From a virus (taxonomy: Duplodnaviria; Caudoviricetes), in IMG/VR virus record IMGVR_UViG_3300049169_000004, positions 1 through 35,744 of that record: DNA of 35,744 bases. The stretch is one strand, 5' to 3'. Position 1 is the first letter of the stretch. The number at the start of each line of letters is the position of its first letter. Made by a program: the position numbers and the translations under genes. This document shows, piece by piece, positions 24,844 through 34,073 of this stretch. The notes under the pieces were generated by a model. That model did not search any database. It was given only the letters and a program-made list of their open reading frames with translations, and had not been told where the DNA came from.

Positions 24844-25265
24844 GCCTCCAAGGGTTGGACGGGGATCGTGATGACAGCGCGCGCAATAAGACCGCGGACC
24901 ATGCCCGAGTCAGCAGTGCCCCACGAAAGCCGCGCAGGTAGGCATGCGTAGACGTCCAGGTCGCCAACAAGGGTCACGGTCGCCGTGTAGGAGAACTGCC
25001 CCACGATCGCCTCGAGCGCCCGCTTCTGCGCCTTCAATGTCGCCGCATCGTTGGCCTTCGTGTAGACCGTGAGTCCCAGTGAGCCGAGCGCCCGGACAGC
25101 CTGCGTGGCAAGGGCGCCAGCGACGTGCGGGGAGTCGTCGGCGAAGGTCGTGCGGTACTCGACCTCCGGCTCGATCAGGCCGTCCTCGTCGAGCCAGTAT
25201 GCGGCGCCGTGCGGGTTATCGGAGATGGTCAGGGCTGGGGAGCCTGAGAGGGTCACAGAGGTCAT
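24840..25265 (-). CDS. Distal-tail-like minor tail protein
   Basis: Immediately after the tape measure gene; ATGA overlap. Confidence 0.7.
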   Translation of the reverse strand: MTSVTLSGSPALTISDNPHGAAYWLDEDGLIEPEVEYRTTFADDSPHVAGALATQAVRALGSLGLTVYTKANDAATLKAQKRALEAIVGQFSYTATVTLVGDLDVYACLPARLSWGTADSGMVRGLIARAVITIPVQPLEA

Positions 25266-27223
25266 GTGAAGTCAGCCCCTCCGATCGCGGCGGCGCGTTG
25301 TAGGTGGCTCATCTCCCGCTTGGCTGCGGGGAGGTCGACGCCGTTGAAGTTCATAACCACACCGTTGCCGCCGCCATAGGAGTCACCCTTGAGTTTCGTG
25401 TCGAACCCAGCGGACGCCTTGGTGATGTCGCGCAACGCCTGTGCGAGCTTCTCGGCCGCACCGAGCGCCGTTAGGATCTCCGAGGAGTCGATGCGCGGCT
25501 TCGGGATGTTCTCGATTGCCCGGTTGAGCTGCCGTGTCACACGACCCGTGTCGTCGATGAGCACCTTAGCGTCGGTGACCGGCCGCTTGACACCGAAGAT
25601 TTCCTCGGTGAATGCGCTGGCCGAGCCTGTCGCTGAGTCGATGGAGCCCTTGAGGTTGCCGAAGTCCTCGGCCGCGGCGCCGATGCCACCGAAGCCACCG
25701 AGGGCGCCTTCCTTATTGGCGTTCGCTGCGAACCGATCCGGGTGCCGACTGCTTGAGAACTCGGCAGCCGCGACGCCGCCTGCGACCACAGCGGCGGGAC
25801 CGCCCCACTTCGCAACACTCTTGAGCCAGCCCGCCTTGCCACTACCGCCACCAGCGCCACCGAAGCCCTCATTAACCACGAACACGGGGATCGGCTTGGC
25901 GGAACCAACGAGGCTGCCTGCGGCCTTGCCTGCCACCTTGCCGAGCCCGAGTTTGCGGCCGACGAACAGGGACGCGCCGCCGCCGACGATCGCGGTCTTA
26001 GCCCACGCGGGCATATCGTTGAACGCCGACACGAGATCCTTGGCGTGCCCTGCGGCTGGCTTGAGTACGTCGCGGATGGTGCCGAGGGTGGTTCCCATCG
26101 CAGGAAGGATCTCGTTGACCAGCGGCCGTGCATCGTCGGCGAAGTTACTGATCGCCGGAATGCCCTTCTTGTTGAACCACTCCGAGAACCGCTCGAAAGC
26201 GGGCACGCCCTTCTCAACTAGAAACGTCGTCGCGTCAGTGACGATCGGCAGTAACCCGACACCGAGCTTCGCCTTCGCGTTCTCGAACCCCGCGGCGAGG
26301 ATGCGCTGTTGGTTCGCCAACCCACCGGAGGTACGGGTGAAGTCGCCTTGCTGGTCGGAGGTCTGCTTGAAGATCGCCGACTGTGCCGCGAGCACCTTCT
26401 GCTGTGCCGTCAGTGTGGGGATGGTGCCCTCGGTGGCCTTCGCAAGGCTCGACTGCGCCGACCCCAGTGAAGCCTCGGCCTTGATCGCCTCGAGGCTCTT
26501 GGGGCCGAACTCGGCTACAGCCTCGTTGTATTTGACCTGCCCCTCGAGCACCTTGGCGTGGTAGCTCTTGATCTTCGCCTCATCTTTGATGGGCTTCAAG
26601 ATCCCGAGCGCCATCGCCTCGGCCTTCAGGGTGGCGTCGTCGAGAAGCACTCCATATTTACGGATCGGCTCAGCCTCGCCGCGCAGCGCCGACCCGATCG
26701 CGAGCACGGCTTCCTCGGGCGAGGTGTTACCGAATGACGCCATGTCGGAGGCGAGGGTGGTCAGCTTGGTTGAGAACTTCCCGAGTTTCGGGCCCTCAAG
26801 TCCGGCGACCTTGCCCATAATGCCGAATGTGGCGATCGCGTCCAGGGATGCCTGCTTTGACTGCCCCATCGACGTGTCCGCGGCGTCAGCGAACTTCTCC
26901 AGCGCAGGGATCGCCTTGGCGCCGAAGATTTGCTCAGTTTTCGAGATCGTCTCGTTGAGGTCTGAGGCAGCCCCAACCGCATCCTTGCCGATCTTGAACG
27001 CGAGCGCGCCGGCACCAGCTAGGCCAACAAGTGCCGACTTTGCGGCGGTTTTGAAGATTCCGCCGAACCGTTTGCCCGCCGACTTGCCCGCGGCGTCGCC
27101 AAACACCGTGCCACCGGAATCACCAGCGGCCGAAAGGTGCTTAGCGCTGCCCTTCTCCAGCTCAGACCCGAAGCCCTTGAAGCTAGGAATAATGCCGAGT
27201 GAGGCGTAACCGACTTCGGCCAC
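25262..27223 (-). CDS. Tape measure protein (653 aa)
   Basis: AEVGYASLGIIPS N-terminus; ASDLNE, GEAEPIRKYGV and ANQQRIL motifs; follows the chaperones. Confidence 0.9.
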   Translation of the reverse strand: MAEVGYASLGIIPSFKGFGSELEKGSAKHLSAAGDSGGTVFGDAAGKSAGKRFGGIFKTAAKSALVGLAGAGALAFKIGKDAVGAASDLNETISKTEQIFGAKAIPALEKFADAADTSMGQSKQASLDAIATFGIMGKVAGLEGPKLGKFSTKLTTLASDMASFGNTSPEEAVLAIGSALRGEAEPIRKYGVLLDDATLKAEAMALGILKPIKDEAKIKSYHAKVLEGQVKYNEAVAEFGPKSLEAIKAEASLGSAQSSLAKATEGTIPTLTAQQKVLAAQSAIFKQTSDQQGDFTRTSGGLANQQRILAAGFENAKAKLGVGLLPIVTDATTFLVEKGVPAFERFSEWFNKKGIPAISNFADDARPLVNEILPAMGTTLGTIRDVLKPAAGHAKDLVSAFNDMPAWAKTAIVGGGASLFVGRKLGLGKVAGKAAGSLVGSAKPIPVFVVNEGFGGAGGGSGKAGWLKSVAKWGGPAAVVAGGVAAAEFSSSRHPDRFAANANKEGALGGFGGIGAAAEDFGNLKGSIDSATGSASAFTEEIFGVKRPVTDAKVLIDDTGRVTRQLNRAIENIPKPRIDSSEILTALGAAEKLAQALRDITKASAGFDTKLKGDSYGGGNGVVMNFNGVDLPAAKREMSHLQRAAAIGGADFT

Positions 27224-27242
27224 AGGTCAGCCCTCCTAGCGT

Positions 27243-27490
27243 TTAGTGGAACTGGGCGAGCGTCTGTTCGAGCTCGCGGTGCTTCTCGGCGGCCCTGGCC
27301 TCGGTGTCCCACTTCTCAAGGACACGCCACGTCGGTGCCTCATGCGGCAAGGCGAATGTCCGTACCAGAATCTGGCGCAGCGTTAGAGTGCCGCGATAGA
27401 AATCAGTCAGATCGGTGTGCCCGTAAACCCAAAGCGCGCCCTCGACCGTCTCCTCGTGGTCGCGCAGGAGGCGGTCGAGGGCGATCAGTT
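27243..27490 (-). CDS. Tail assembly chaperone, frameshift extension (GT-like)
   Basis: -1 frame continuation GKLIALDRLL...DLTDFYRGTLTLRQ...LP. Confidence 0.8.
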
Positions 27491-27763
27491 TCCCGCGCTC
27501 TTGAGACCCATCGCCTCGGCCATCGCATCGGTGAAGGCGTCGAGGTCGTCGAGCTCCGGGTCGGTCTCCATGAGTGCCACGAACTCCTCTGGGGGGAGGT
27601 AGGCGTGGCACATGGCGACGTCGAGGTTGCCGTACAGGTTGTAACCCTCGCGGTAGCGCACGACGTGGGAGAAGTGCTGCTTGGCTGGGACATGCCACGT
27701 CCGCTCGAAGTGCTCGAACGTGACCGTCTCGCGGGTTACTTCATTGACTGCAGGAGTGCTCAT
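27485..27763 (-). CDS. Tail assembly chaperone (G-like)
   Basis: Between major tail and tape measure; ends ...KSAGN at the slippery site. Confidence 0.85.
   Translation of the reverse strand: MSTPAVNEVTRETVTFEHFERTWHVPAKQHFSHVVRYREGYNLYGNLDVAMCHAYLPPEEFVALMETDPELDDLDAFTDAMAEAMGLKSAGN
27488..27494 (-). other. Programmed -1 frameshift slippery site G GGA AAC
   Basis: XXXYYYZ heptamer immediately before the TGA of the chaperone; the -1 frame is open. Confidence 0.85.
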
Positions 27764-27846
27764 GCGCGGGAGTCCTAACTATGTGCGCGGGAAAGTTGAA
27801 GCGAGGTCGGCGTCCCGCGCAGGTCACCGACCCCGCATCCGTGGGG

Positions 27847-27993
27847 CTACTTGCTCCTGGGGTAGCGCGCGAGTCCGTCGCGCACCAGCCGTTCGGCAGT
27901 TGCCTTGTCGACCGTCCGACGTGCGCCAGCCTCGGCGCCGCGGGACTTGTTGAGGAGGAAGATGACCTGCTTGTCGTCACTCTTGTCAGCCAT
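27847..27993 (-). CDS. Small hypothetical protein (48 aa, MADKSDDKQV...)
   Basis: Read manually; V...TAERLV..G.A pattern seen in small virion-region proteins. Confidence 0.6.
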   Translation of the reverse strand: MADKSDDKQVIFLLNKSRGAEAGARRTVDKATAERLVRDGLARYPRSK

Positions 27994-27999
27994 CACTCA

Positions 28000-28590
28000 T
28001 CACGCCTTCGGGCCGAGGTAGTAGTCGTACAGCTCCTGGTCGGCGGTCGGGTAGACCGTGACGGAGCAGGTGTACATGCTCTTGCCGTCCGTGAATGCGC
28101 GGGTGATCGAGTCGATGGTGCAGTACGACTCGGAGACCTTGCGCTCCATCTGCGTGTCGTTGGTACGCAGCAGGCCGAGCTTGAACTGCTCATTGGGATC
28201 ACGGTGCTTGATCTTGCCGCTGACGACCGTGCCAGTGTCGGTCAGACCGGAGGCGTCGTAGAGGATGCCGAGGGTAATCAGCGTCGTCTCGAGAGCCGTG
28301 AAGGAGAAAGCCTCCTCCTGGTTCTTGTAGGTCTTGGCGTAGATGCCGTGACCGAACGCGGAGTGCGCGGTGACGTCGATGCGCTCCTCGCCGTTGTCGA
28401 ACGGCGAGTCGTCGTCGAGCATCCCAACGGGGTCCCACTCGCTCGTGACCGGAGTCGTCGCGGTGGGGTCGTTGAGGGTGAACGCTCCGCTGCCGGTGGG
28501 TGTGGTCGCAGTCAGCGAGCCAAGGAGCACAGCGCCTTTGCTCCACACCGGGGCTTGCGTCGGGTCACCATAGAGAGGCTTGGTAGCCAT
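28000..28590 (-). CDS. Major tail protein
   Basis: W..VG.L.D, SAFG and FTALET motifs; RBS AAGGAG; synteny. Confidence 0.85.
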   Translation of the reverse strand: MATKPLYGDPTQAPVWSKGAVLLGSLTATTPTGSGAFTLNDPTATTPVTSEWDPVGMLDDDSPFDNGEERIDVTAHSAFGHGIYAKTYKNQEEAFSFTALETTLITLGILYDASGLTDTGTVVSGKIKHRDPNEQFKLGLLRTNDTQMERKVSESYCTIDSITRAFTDGKSMYTCSVTVYPTADQELYDYYLGPKA

Positions 28591-28629
28591 GCCGGTGCTC
28601 CTTCGTTGCTAGATGGTTGCGCGGGAAAC

Positions 28630-29028
28630 TCAGGCGACCGGAGACGGGCGTGTCTCGGCGGTCAGGGTGAACGTGCAGAACGGCAGGCCCGTGTCTGGGT
28701 CGATACCGGGGGCGCGTCCGATGCCGGGGGTGTAGCGCCACACATCGGACGAGCCGGCGTCGAGCAGGACCGCTTGCACCAGTGACGCGAGGGTGATGCC
28801 CGTGCCGACCTGCCCCTTGGGGGTCCAAACCGTCACGCGGATCGCGGTCAGCTCGCGCTGGCGGTCCTGCGTGGGTGTGCCATCCCAGGCGTGTTGGATA
28901 TGCGGGGCAGTGATCGCCGTCGTGGGGAACGCCGTGGAGATCGTCGCGGTAGGCCAGTACGTCGGCTTGGCGTCCGTCAAGCGGGCCTGTACGTCCGCGC
29001 GGGGATCGGGGAAGGCGTAGAGCGGCAT
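28630..29028 (-). CDS. Tail terminator
   Basis: FPD, WDG, IRVTVW and DPDTG motifs; precedes the major tail gene. Confidence 0.75.
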   Translation of the reverse strand: MPLYAFPDPRADVQARLTDAKPTYWPTATISTAFPTTAITAPHIQHAWDGTPTQDRQRELTAIRVTVWTPKGQVGTGITLASLVQAVLLDAGSSDVWRYTPGIGRAPGIDPDTGLPFCTFTLTAETRPSPVA

Positions 29029-29044
29029 GAACCCTCCCGAAGTA

Positions 29045-29074
29045 GTGACAAGCCGGACAAGGCGCGGCTACGGT
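29045..29074 (+). promoter_or_regulatory. Candidate sigmaA promoter for a leaderless transcript
   Basis: GTGACA-18-TACGGT, 6 nt before the ATG at 29081. Confidence 0.5.
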
Positions 29075-29080
29075 GGCGAA

Positions 29081-29290
29081 ATGGACTTGTCGACAGCCTT
29101 GATGCTGAGCAGCGGCCTCGGCGTGCTCATCGCCGGTTACATCGGCTACCGGCGCGGAGAGCCCCGCGGCGGTGTCGTCTGCGGGTTTCTGCTTGGTCCA
29201 GTGCTTGGCTCGGCCCTGATTTGGCTGGGCACGACCGAGCGGTTCGCTACTCCCGAACCACCAATCCGGCCTGTGAAGCAGCGCGGCTAA
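29081..29290 (+). CDS. Reverse-oriented two-TM membrane protein (69 aa)
   Basis: Fills a gap of about 220 bp in the neck operon; two hydrophobic helices separated by GYRRGEPRG. Confidence 0.7.
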   Translation: MDLSTALMLSSGLGVLIAGYIGYRRGEPRGGVVCGFLLGPVLGSALIWLGTTERFATPEPPIRPVKQRG

Positions 29291-29552
29291 GCGCGCCGTG
29301 CTTGGCCTGTACGGCGAGCCCGGCTGCGTGAGCCAGGGTGACGTAAGCCTTCGCGCGGTCGAGACGCATTGAGGAAGTGTTCTCGGGGCCGTAGACGTTG
29401 ACGGGGAGCGACACATCGCCGCCCTCGACGCGGACGCCCTGTGAGCGAACATTGTCGGCGATCTGCTCAGCCAGCGCCTTGATGGCGGCGTGCATCTCGC
29501 GGGACTTGGCGACTTCCTCTATGCCGCGCGGGTCAAGCTTGATGCGCGCCAC
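29247..29552 (-). CDS. Neck/tail-completion protein
   Basis: TAGTG overlap; IKLD..GI....KS and QAKHGAL.RAA motifs. Confidence 0.75.
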   Translation of the reverse strand: MARIKLDPRGIEEVAKSREMHAAIKALAEQIADNVRSQGVRVEGGDVSLPVNVYGPENTSSMRLDRAKAYVTLAHAAGLAVQAKHGALSRAASQAGLVVRE

Positions 29553-29881
29553 TAGACGGCGCCCGCACGCTTGACGGGAACCTCGATACCGGGCGCCCAG
29601 CCAGTGAAGGGGGACTCCCATACGCCGGGGAGACCGTCGACCTCGTACAACTCGCCATCGATACGGATACGGTCGTCGGAGTCGATCGCCACAGCGGGGC
29701 CATAGATGACCTTGCCGACGATCACCGGAGGCACGCGCGGGTCGGTTGACTCGGTGGCGTACCGCGGGGCGACTGCGCATGGACCCCAGGACGTCTCCGT
29801 CTCGATTGTGGTGCTGTCGCCGAGGGGGTCGGTCGTGGTGGTTGTGGAGATGAGTGTCAGGGTCTTGCCATGGGGGAACAT
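29552..29881 (-). CDS. Head-to-tail stopper
   Basis: DPLGD, D.I.IDG..YEVDG.P..W.SP.TG motifs. Confidence 0.8.
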   Translation of the reverse strand: MFPHGKTLTLISTTTTTDPLGDSTTIETETSWGPCAVAPRYATESTDPRVPPVIVGKVIYGPAVAIDSDDRIRIDGELYEVDGLPGVWESPFTGWAPGIEVPVKRAGAV

Positions 29882-30357
29882 TAGGCGGGCTCACCGAAGA
29901 TCGCGTAGCCGGCCAGGACCGCGCCACAGTCACAGTAGTTCGCGCCGAAGTTGATCGAGCACCAGTCAGCGTGAACGATAGACGTGCCCACCGTGTCGAC
30001 GGCGAACGCGCCCGTGGGGCCGTCGCCGAGGTGGTCACGGCAGACCGCCTGTAGTTCCTCGATGTCCGAGGGCCAGAACAACCCGCGGCGTTGTTGCCGA
30101 TTGTCAATGGTCTGCTGGAACGGCCCTGCGGACTGCTGAGTCACGGCACCTGAGCCCGACTCGTGCCAGCGCAGCACGGCGTCGCGCAGGATGCCCTTGA
30201 CAGCCTCGGCGTTGTCGTCGCTCAGGGTTTCGTCCCGAACGCAAGGGGCGACCCGTGCCGCGCGTGCAAGCGCCGTGTCGATCATGGCCTGCGCCTTCGC
30301 GTCGTCGATCGTGGCGAAGGGGGCAAGGTCAGCGGTCGTAAGCGTTACAGCAGGCAC
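29881..30357 (-). CDS. Head-to-tail adaptor
   Basis: A.RVAPC, ILR.AVLRW, QSAGPF and FWPS.I..LQ motifs. Confidence 0.8.
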   Translation of the reverse strand: MPAVTLTTADLAPFATIDDAKAQAMIDTALARAARVAPCVRDETLSDDNAEAVKGILRDAVLRWHESGSGAVTQQSAGPFQQTIDNRQQRRGLFWPSDIEELQAVCRDHLGDGPTGAFAVDTVGTSIVHADWCSINFGANYCDCGAVLAGYAIFGEPA

Positions 30358-30368
30358 GGGTCACCTCC

Positions 30369-30527
30369 TTACTTGTCGTTCTTGTCAGACGACGCACGCT
30401 TGCGCGTCGACTTCGGCTTATCCTCGCGGGGCGACTCGATGACCGTGAACCCTCTGCGAAGAAGGCTCTCGACCCTCTCGTCAGGAACATTGACCACCGA
30501 GCCACCCGAGTGGCGAAGGCGAGCCAT
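30369..30527 (-). CDS. Small protein after the capsid gene (52 aa, MARLRHSGGSVVNV...)
   Basis: Read manually; TGATG overlap with the capsid stop. Confidence 0.65.
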   Translation of the reverse strand: MARLRHSGGSVVNVPDERVESLLRRGFTVIESPREDKPKSTRKRASSDKNDK

Positions 30528-31423
30528 CAGGCCACCGCGTCAACGATCTTCGCGAAGGCGGCGAGGTCGGCGATGCCCCAGCCGTAGACAACCTCCGCGC
30601 GGAAGGCGACCTGGTTGTTGCGCTTGAGGTCGCCCTGACCGTCCGGGTCGCCGTAGCGGATGACCTCGAGGCCGAGCTGGCGCTGGATGCCCCAACGGAT
30701 GGCCGAGAAGTCACCAACGAACGCGCGGACGTTGGTCGCCGTAGCGGCCACACCCACAGCGCCGACCGTATTGGACACCGACGTGCGGTGGTTCTCAAGC
30801 TGCGAGACCTCCGTCGACAGACGCAGGTCCGGGTAACGCTTGATGCCATCCGCGGTCCGGTTGGAGAAGAACGCCGAAGCGAACGCCGGGTCGAGAGCGA
30901 GGTCGCTCGGCAGGTAGCTCTGCGCCAGAACCAGCGCGTCGGCCGCGTCGAGGTTGGCGTAGGGCTGGTCGCCGCCAGCGATCTCGACCGAGTTGGTCGT
31001 GTCAGACAGGCTCTCCGCCATGGCGGCCACAGCGGCACCGCCGGTCGGGTTGATGCCGTGGTAGACGCCGAAGTCCAGCGCGCGCGACAGGGCGGGCTGA
31101 ATGAGGTTCAGCACCTCCTGCACAACACCGAGCTGGTGGTCCTCGTCGGCCCACATGACCTCTTCCGTCCAACGGACGGTCTTGTGGAACTTGAACGGGG
31201 TGACCGTCTTGGTCGTCGGGGTGACGGTGGACGAGCCCTTGTTGGCACCCTCACCGACATACTCGGCCTCGCCGATGTCGAAGGTCATCGACTGGCCGGC
31301 GCCGAACTTCATGGGGATCGAGTTGGACAGTGCGGCGACGGACGAGCCGTACTTCACCTTGCCCAACCACGGGTCGAGGATCTGGTCGGGAATGTTGAGA
31401 TCCCCGGTGGTCAAAACTGCCAT
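30527..31423 (-). CDS. Major capsid protein (HK97 fold)
   Basis: AEYVGEG, ALD....HG.NP, GDFS...WG and DLKRNNQVAFRAE motifs. Confidence 0.93.
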   Translation of the reverse strand: MAVLTTGDLNIPDQILDPWLGKVKYGSSVAALSNSIPMKFGAGQSMTFDIGEAEYVGEGANKGSSTVTPTTKTVTPFKFHKTVRWTEEVMWADEDHQLGVVQEVLNLIQPALSRALDFGVYHGINPTGGAAVAAMAESLSDTTNSVEIAGGDQPYANLDAADALVLAQSYLPSDLALDPAFASAFFSNRTADGIKRYPDLRLSTEVSQLENHRTSVSNTVGAVGVAATATNVRAFVGDFSAIRWGIQRQLGLEVIRYGDPDGQGDLKRNNQVAFRAEVVYGWGIADLAAFAKIVDAVA

Positions 31424-31438
31424 TGTCTTGCTCCTGTC

Positions 31439-31906
31439 TTAGTCGCCGCTGTTGAACAAGCTGCGCGTGAATGTGCGCAGGCCGTCCTCGTGCGGCTCGG
31501 AGGGGGTCGCGCCCTCGCGGGGCACATGATTGCCTTGCCTCTTGCGCTCCGACTCGCGCTCGGCGAGACGCTTGGCCTGTGCGGTCAAGGTGTCCTCGTC
31601 GGTGCCCGTCAGGAACAGGTCGGCATCCTCATCGGCGATGCCATGCGCGGCCTGCACGCGGCGACGTAGCGCCTCGCGCTGGCTCTGCTGCACCTCGCGC
31701 TCGAGGGCTGCGATCCGCTCCTCAGCGGTCGCTGCTTGGCCGGCCTTCGTCTTGAGCTCGTCATAGTCACCGAACTTCGCCCGCTCGCGCTGTACGCGCT
31801 CCTTGACGATCCGGTCGACGTCAGCCTGAGTGAAGGTCTGCTCCTGCTTGTCCGAATCCTTGACGCTCTCGTCGAGCTTCGGGTCCGGGGTCTGGATCTC
31901 GCTCAT
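31439..31906 (-). CDS. Scaffolding protein
   Basis: FTQADVDRIVKERV.RE..KF.DYDELK motif; precedes the capsid gene. Confidence 0.85.
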   Translation of the reverse strand: MSEIQTPDPKLDESVKDSDKQEQTFTQADVDRIVKERVQRERAKFGDYDELKTKAGQAATAEERIAALEREVQQSQREALRRRVQAAHGIADEDADLFLTGTDEDTLTAQAKRLAERESERKRQGNHVPREGATPSEPHEDGLRTFTRSLFNSGD

Positions 31907-31993
31907 CGGTTCTCCGTTACCTCGTCAGGTCGTACTCCGGCGTTGGGCGCCGCCGTGGCGCTAACCCCCCTGCGGGGTGGCTTCGTTGGCCCG

Positions 31994-32662
31994 CTACTCG
32001 GCGAGCCATGCCCGCGTGCGCGCGTTGTGCGCGTCTCTTGCGGATTGACTGGTGAAGCGTTGGCTTGGCACGTAGGGCTTGACCTCGCGTGCCTCGTTGC
32101 CGTACTCAGGGACTGCGACACAGCCGCAGTCGTCATGGGCTGAGAAGTCGGCGGTCGTGGCGCTATAGACGGCGCCGCGTCCTGCGATGCCTTGACAGAA
32201 GTCGCAGGCACTGCCATCCGTGTGCCGCGACCAACCACGCCCCTGCGGGTCTTGGCGAAGCGAGCCGATCACCGTTTCGCGCCCTGCATCAGCGATCAGC
32301 CGTTGCGTGCCGCCGAACACTTTGCCGAACGCGGCGTCAAGATCCGGCGTTGCGCTGTAGAGCGGCGCCACCGACCAGCGAGCCAGGGACTCGAACCGAC
32401 CCTCGTCGGCCACCAGTGCGGCAGGAATGGCCCGGAACCGGCCCCCTGCGCCCTGCTCGTCGCGATAGTCGTCATACCAGTCAGCCGCGAGTGTTGCTGC
32501 GGCCGAGCCATAGATTGCGACCAGTCGGGGCAGGGCGTCCATGAGGGCGTCGCGCACATCGTCGGCCGCCGTCCCCGCCTGCTGAAACAGCAGCCGCAGA
32601 TCAGTCTCGGCGATGCCTACCAGTGCGGCCAGGTCGCGGCGATGGTCAGCCGGCGTCGCCAC
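31994..32662 (-). CDS. Capsid maturation/MuF-like head protein
   Basis: AADWYD, W.R, ACDFC and H..C.C...P motifs. Confidence 0.75.
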   Translation of the reverse strand: MATPADHRRDLAALVGIAETDLRLLFQQAGTAADDVRDALMDALPRLVAIYGSAAATLAADWYDDYRDEQGAGGRFRAIPAALVADEGRFESLARWSVAPLYSATPDLDAAFGKVFGGTQRLIADAGRETVIGSLRQDPQGRGWSRHTDGSACDFCQGIAGRGAVYSATTADFSAHDDCGCVAVPEYGNEAREVKPYVPSQRFTSQSARDAHNARTRAWLAE

Positions 32663-34073
32663 GGGTCACCACAGGCTGCCCGTTTGCCGCAGCCTCAGCC
32701 ACGGCGCGCAGCGCTGCAGAGCCGCCCATGCGTCGCTTGTCGGCGAGCGCGCGACGGATCTGCTGCTCGTCGAGCCCGAGGAGTTCAAGCCCAACCTCAG
32801 TCTCAGCAAGCCACGGGATCGCGGAGAGTTGCTTCACGCCCGCATCGGCCTTCGCTGCCCGCGACAAGAACCGCGGGTCGCGCCACTTCGGGGCGATCGT
32901 CGACCACGAGGCAGGAACCTCGCTGAGCCCGTTCGCCATTGCCAGCGCCCGGACCTGCGCCCGCTTCAATGACGGCCCCCAGTCGTCCGTCGCACCCTCG
33001 GCCTCAGCAATCAGCTCGTGCTGTGATGCGTCATAGGACTCAGCCGACGTCGGGTTGGCGATGTCGGTGATTGCGACCGCCGTGTCAGGCAGGCTGGTCT
33101 CGCGGGCGAACATCTTGGCGTAGGCGTTCAGTGCCGCCAAGTGAGGCTCGGGGGAGGATGCCGCGAACTGCTTGACATCGGCACGCGGGTTCTCGGCCTC
33201 ATCGTCGTCGGGGATCGCCTTGATGCGCCCGAGCATGACCTGCCATGCGGCCTTCGCTGAGCCGTCAGCGTTCTTGAAGATCTTCTCGTCGGCGCCCAGC
33301 ATCCAGAGCTCGGGGTAGGAGTAGACGTCCATGTGACCCTCGAGCCGAATCAGCTCACGCAGCGCCTGATCATGCAGCGACATGACCGACCGTGAGATCC
33401 GCGAGGAACCCAGGGGTCGGCCAGCGCGCGGCTTGTAGACCAGCGGCTCGGCAGGCATTCCCCATGAGTGCTCAGAGTGCCCGGTGGTGAACCACTTGCC
33501 GTCGACCTTCTCGCCCGTGATCGTCAAGCCGTCGAGGTACAGGGCAAGACTCGAGGGCTTGCCCTGGTCGTCGCGGCCCGTAACCGAGAGGAGGTCGTCG
33601 AGGCGGCGGGTTCGGGGGTTCCATGTGCCGGTTGCCTGCAGAGCGTCCTTGACATGAATCAGCGCGGCCGGCTCGCCCGCATCCTCATCGCCACGGGTGT
33701 TCACAAGGAACGAAACGCCGTGAATCAAGGAGGAGATGAGCGCCGACGAGATCTCCGAGCCGAGGTGGTTGCCCTCATAGACCTCACGAAAGCCGATCGA
33801 GTCGAGGTCGCCATCGGGCCACACGAAGTCGTCAAGGTTGCAGCGACGAGCCAGGATGTCCACAGCCTTCGCCGACCAGCCAAGGACAATGCCGAGGCGG
33901 TAATACTGCGGCGGAATGACCGTGCCGACCTGACGGATAGCCCGCTTGCCGTCGTAGTACGACGCGCGCAGGAAGTTGCGAGGCTGCTTCTTGTCAAGCC
34001 TCTCGAGCAACCCATTGAGGGTCGCGTTGTCGTCATCAGAGACTCCGGGCAAGGTGATTCGGTCGTGCGCCAC
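32646..34073 (-). CDS. Portal protein
   Basis: YYDGK, GW..KAVD and P.G.SRI motifs; directly after terL. Confidence 0.9.
   Translation of the reverse strand: MAHDRITLPGVSDDDNATLNGLLERLDKKQPRNFLRASYYDGKRAIRQVGTVIPPQYYRLGIVLGWSAKAVDILARRCNLDDFVWPDGDLDSIGFREVYEGNHLGSEISSALISSLIHGVSFLVNTRGDEDAGEPAALIHVKDALQATGTWNPRTRRLDDLLSVTGRDDQGKPSSLALYLDGLTITGEKVDGKWFTTGHSEHSWGMPAEPLVYKPRAGRPLGSSRISRSVMSLHDQALRELIRLEGHMDVYSYPELWMLGADEKIFKNADGSAKAAWQVMLGRIKAIPDDDEAENPRADVKQFAASSPEPHLAALNAYAKMFARETSLPDTAVAITDIANPTSAESYDASQHELIAEAEGATDDWGPSLKRAQVRALAMANGLSEVPASWSTIAPKWRDPRFLSRAAKADAGVKQLSAIPWLAETEVGLELLGLDEQQIRRALADKRRMGGSAALRAVAEAAANGQPVVTRGDAG

Noticed and set aside
27488-27494. Chaperone frameshift as a novelty
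   Set aside because: Well-known feature of long-tailed phages; listed as a feature only.
31907-31993. Short hairpins upstream of the scaffold gene
   Set aside because: Stems are short and GC-rich and cannot be distinguished from chance without alignments.
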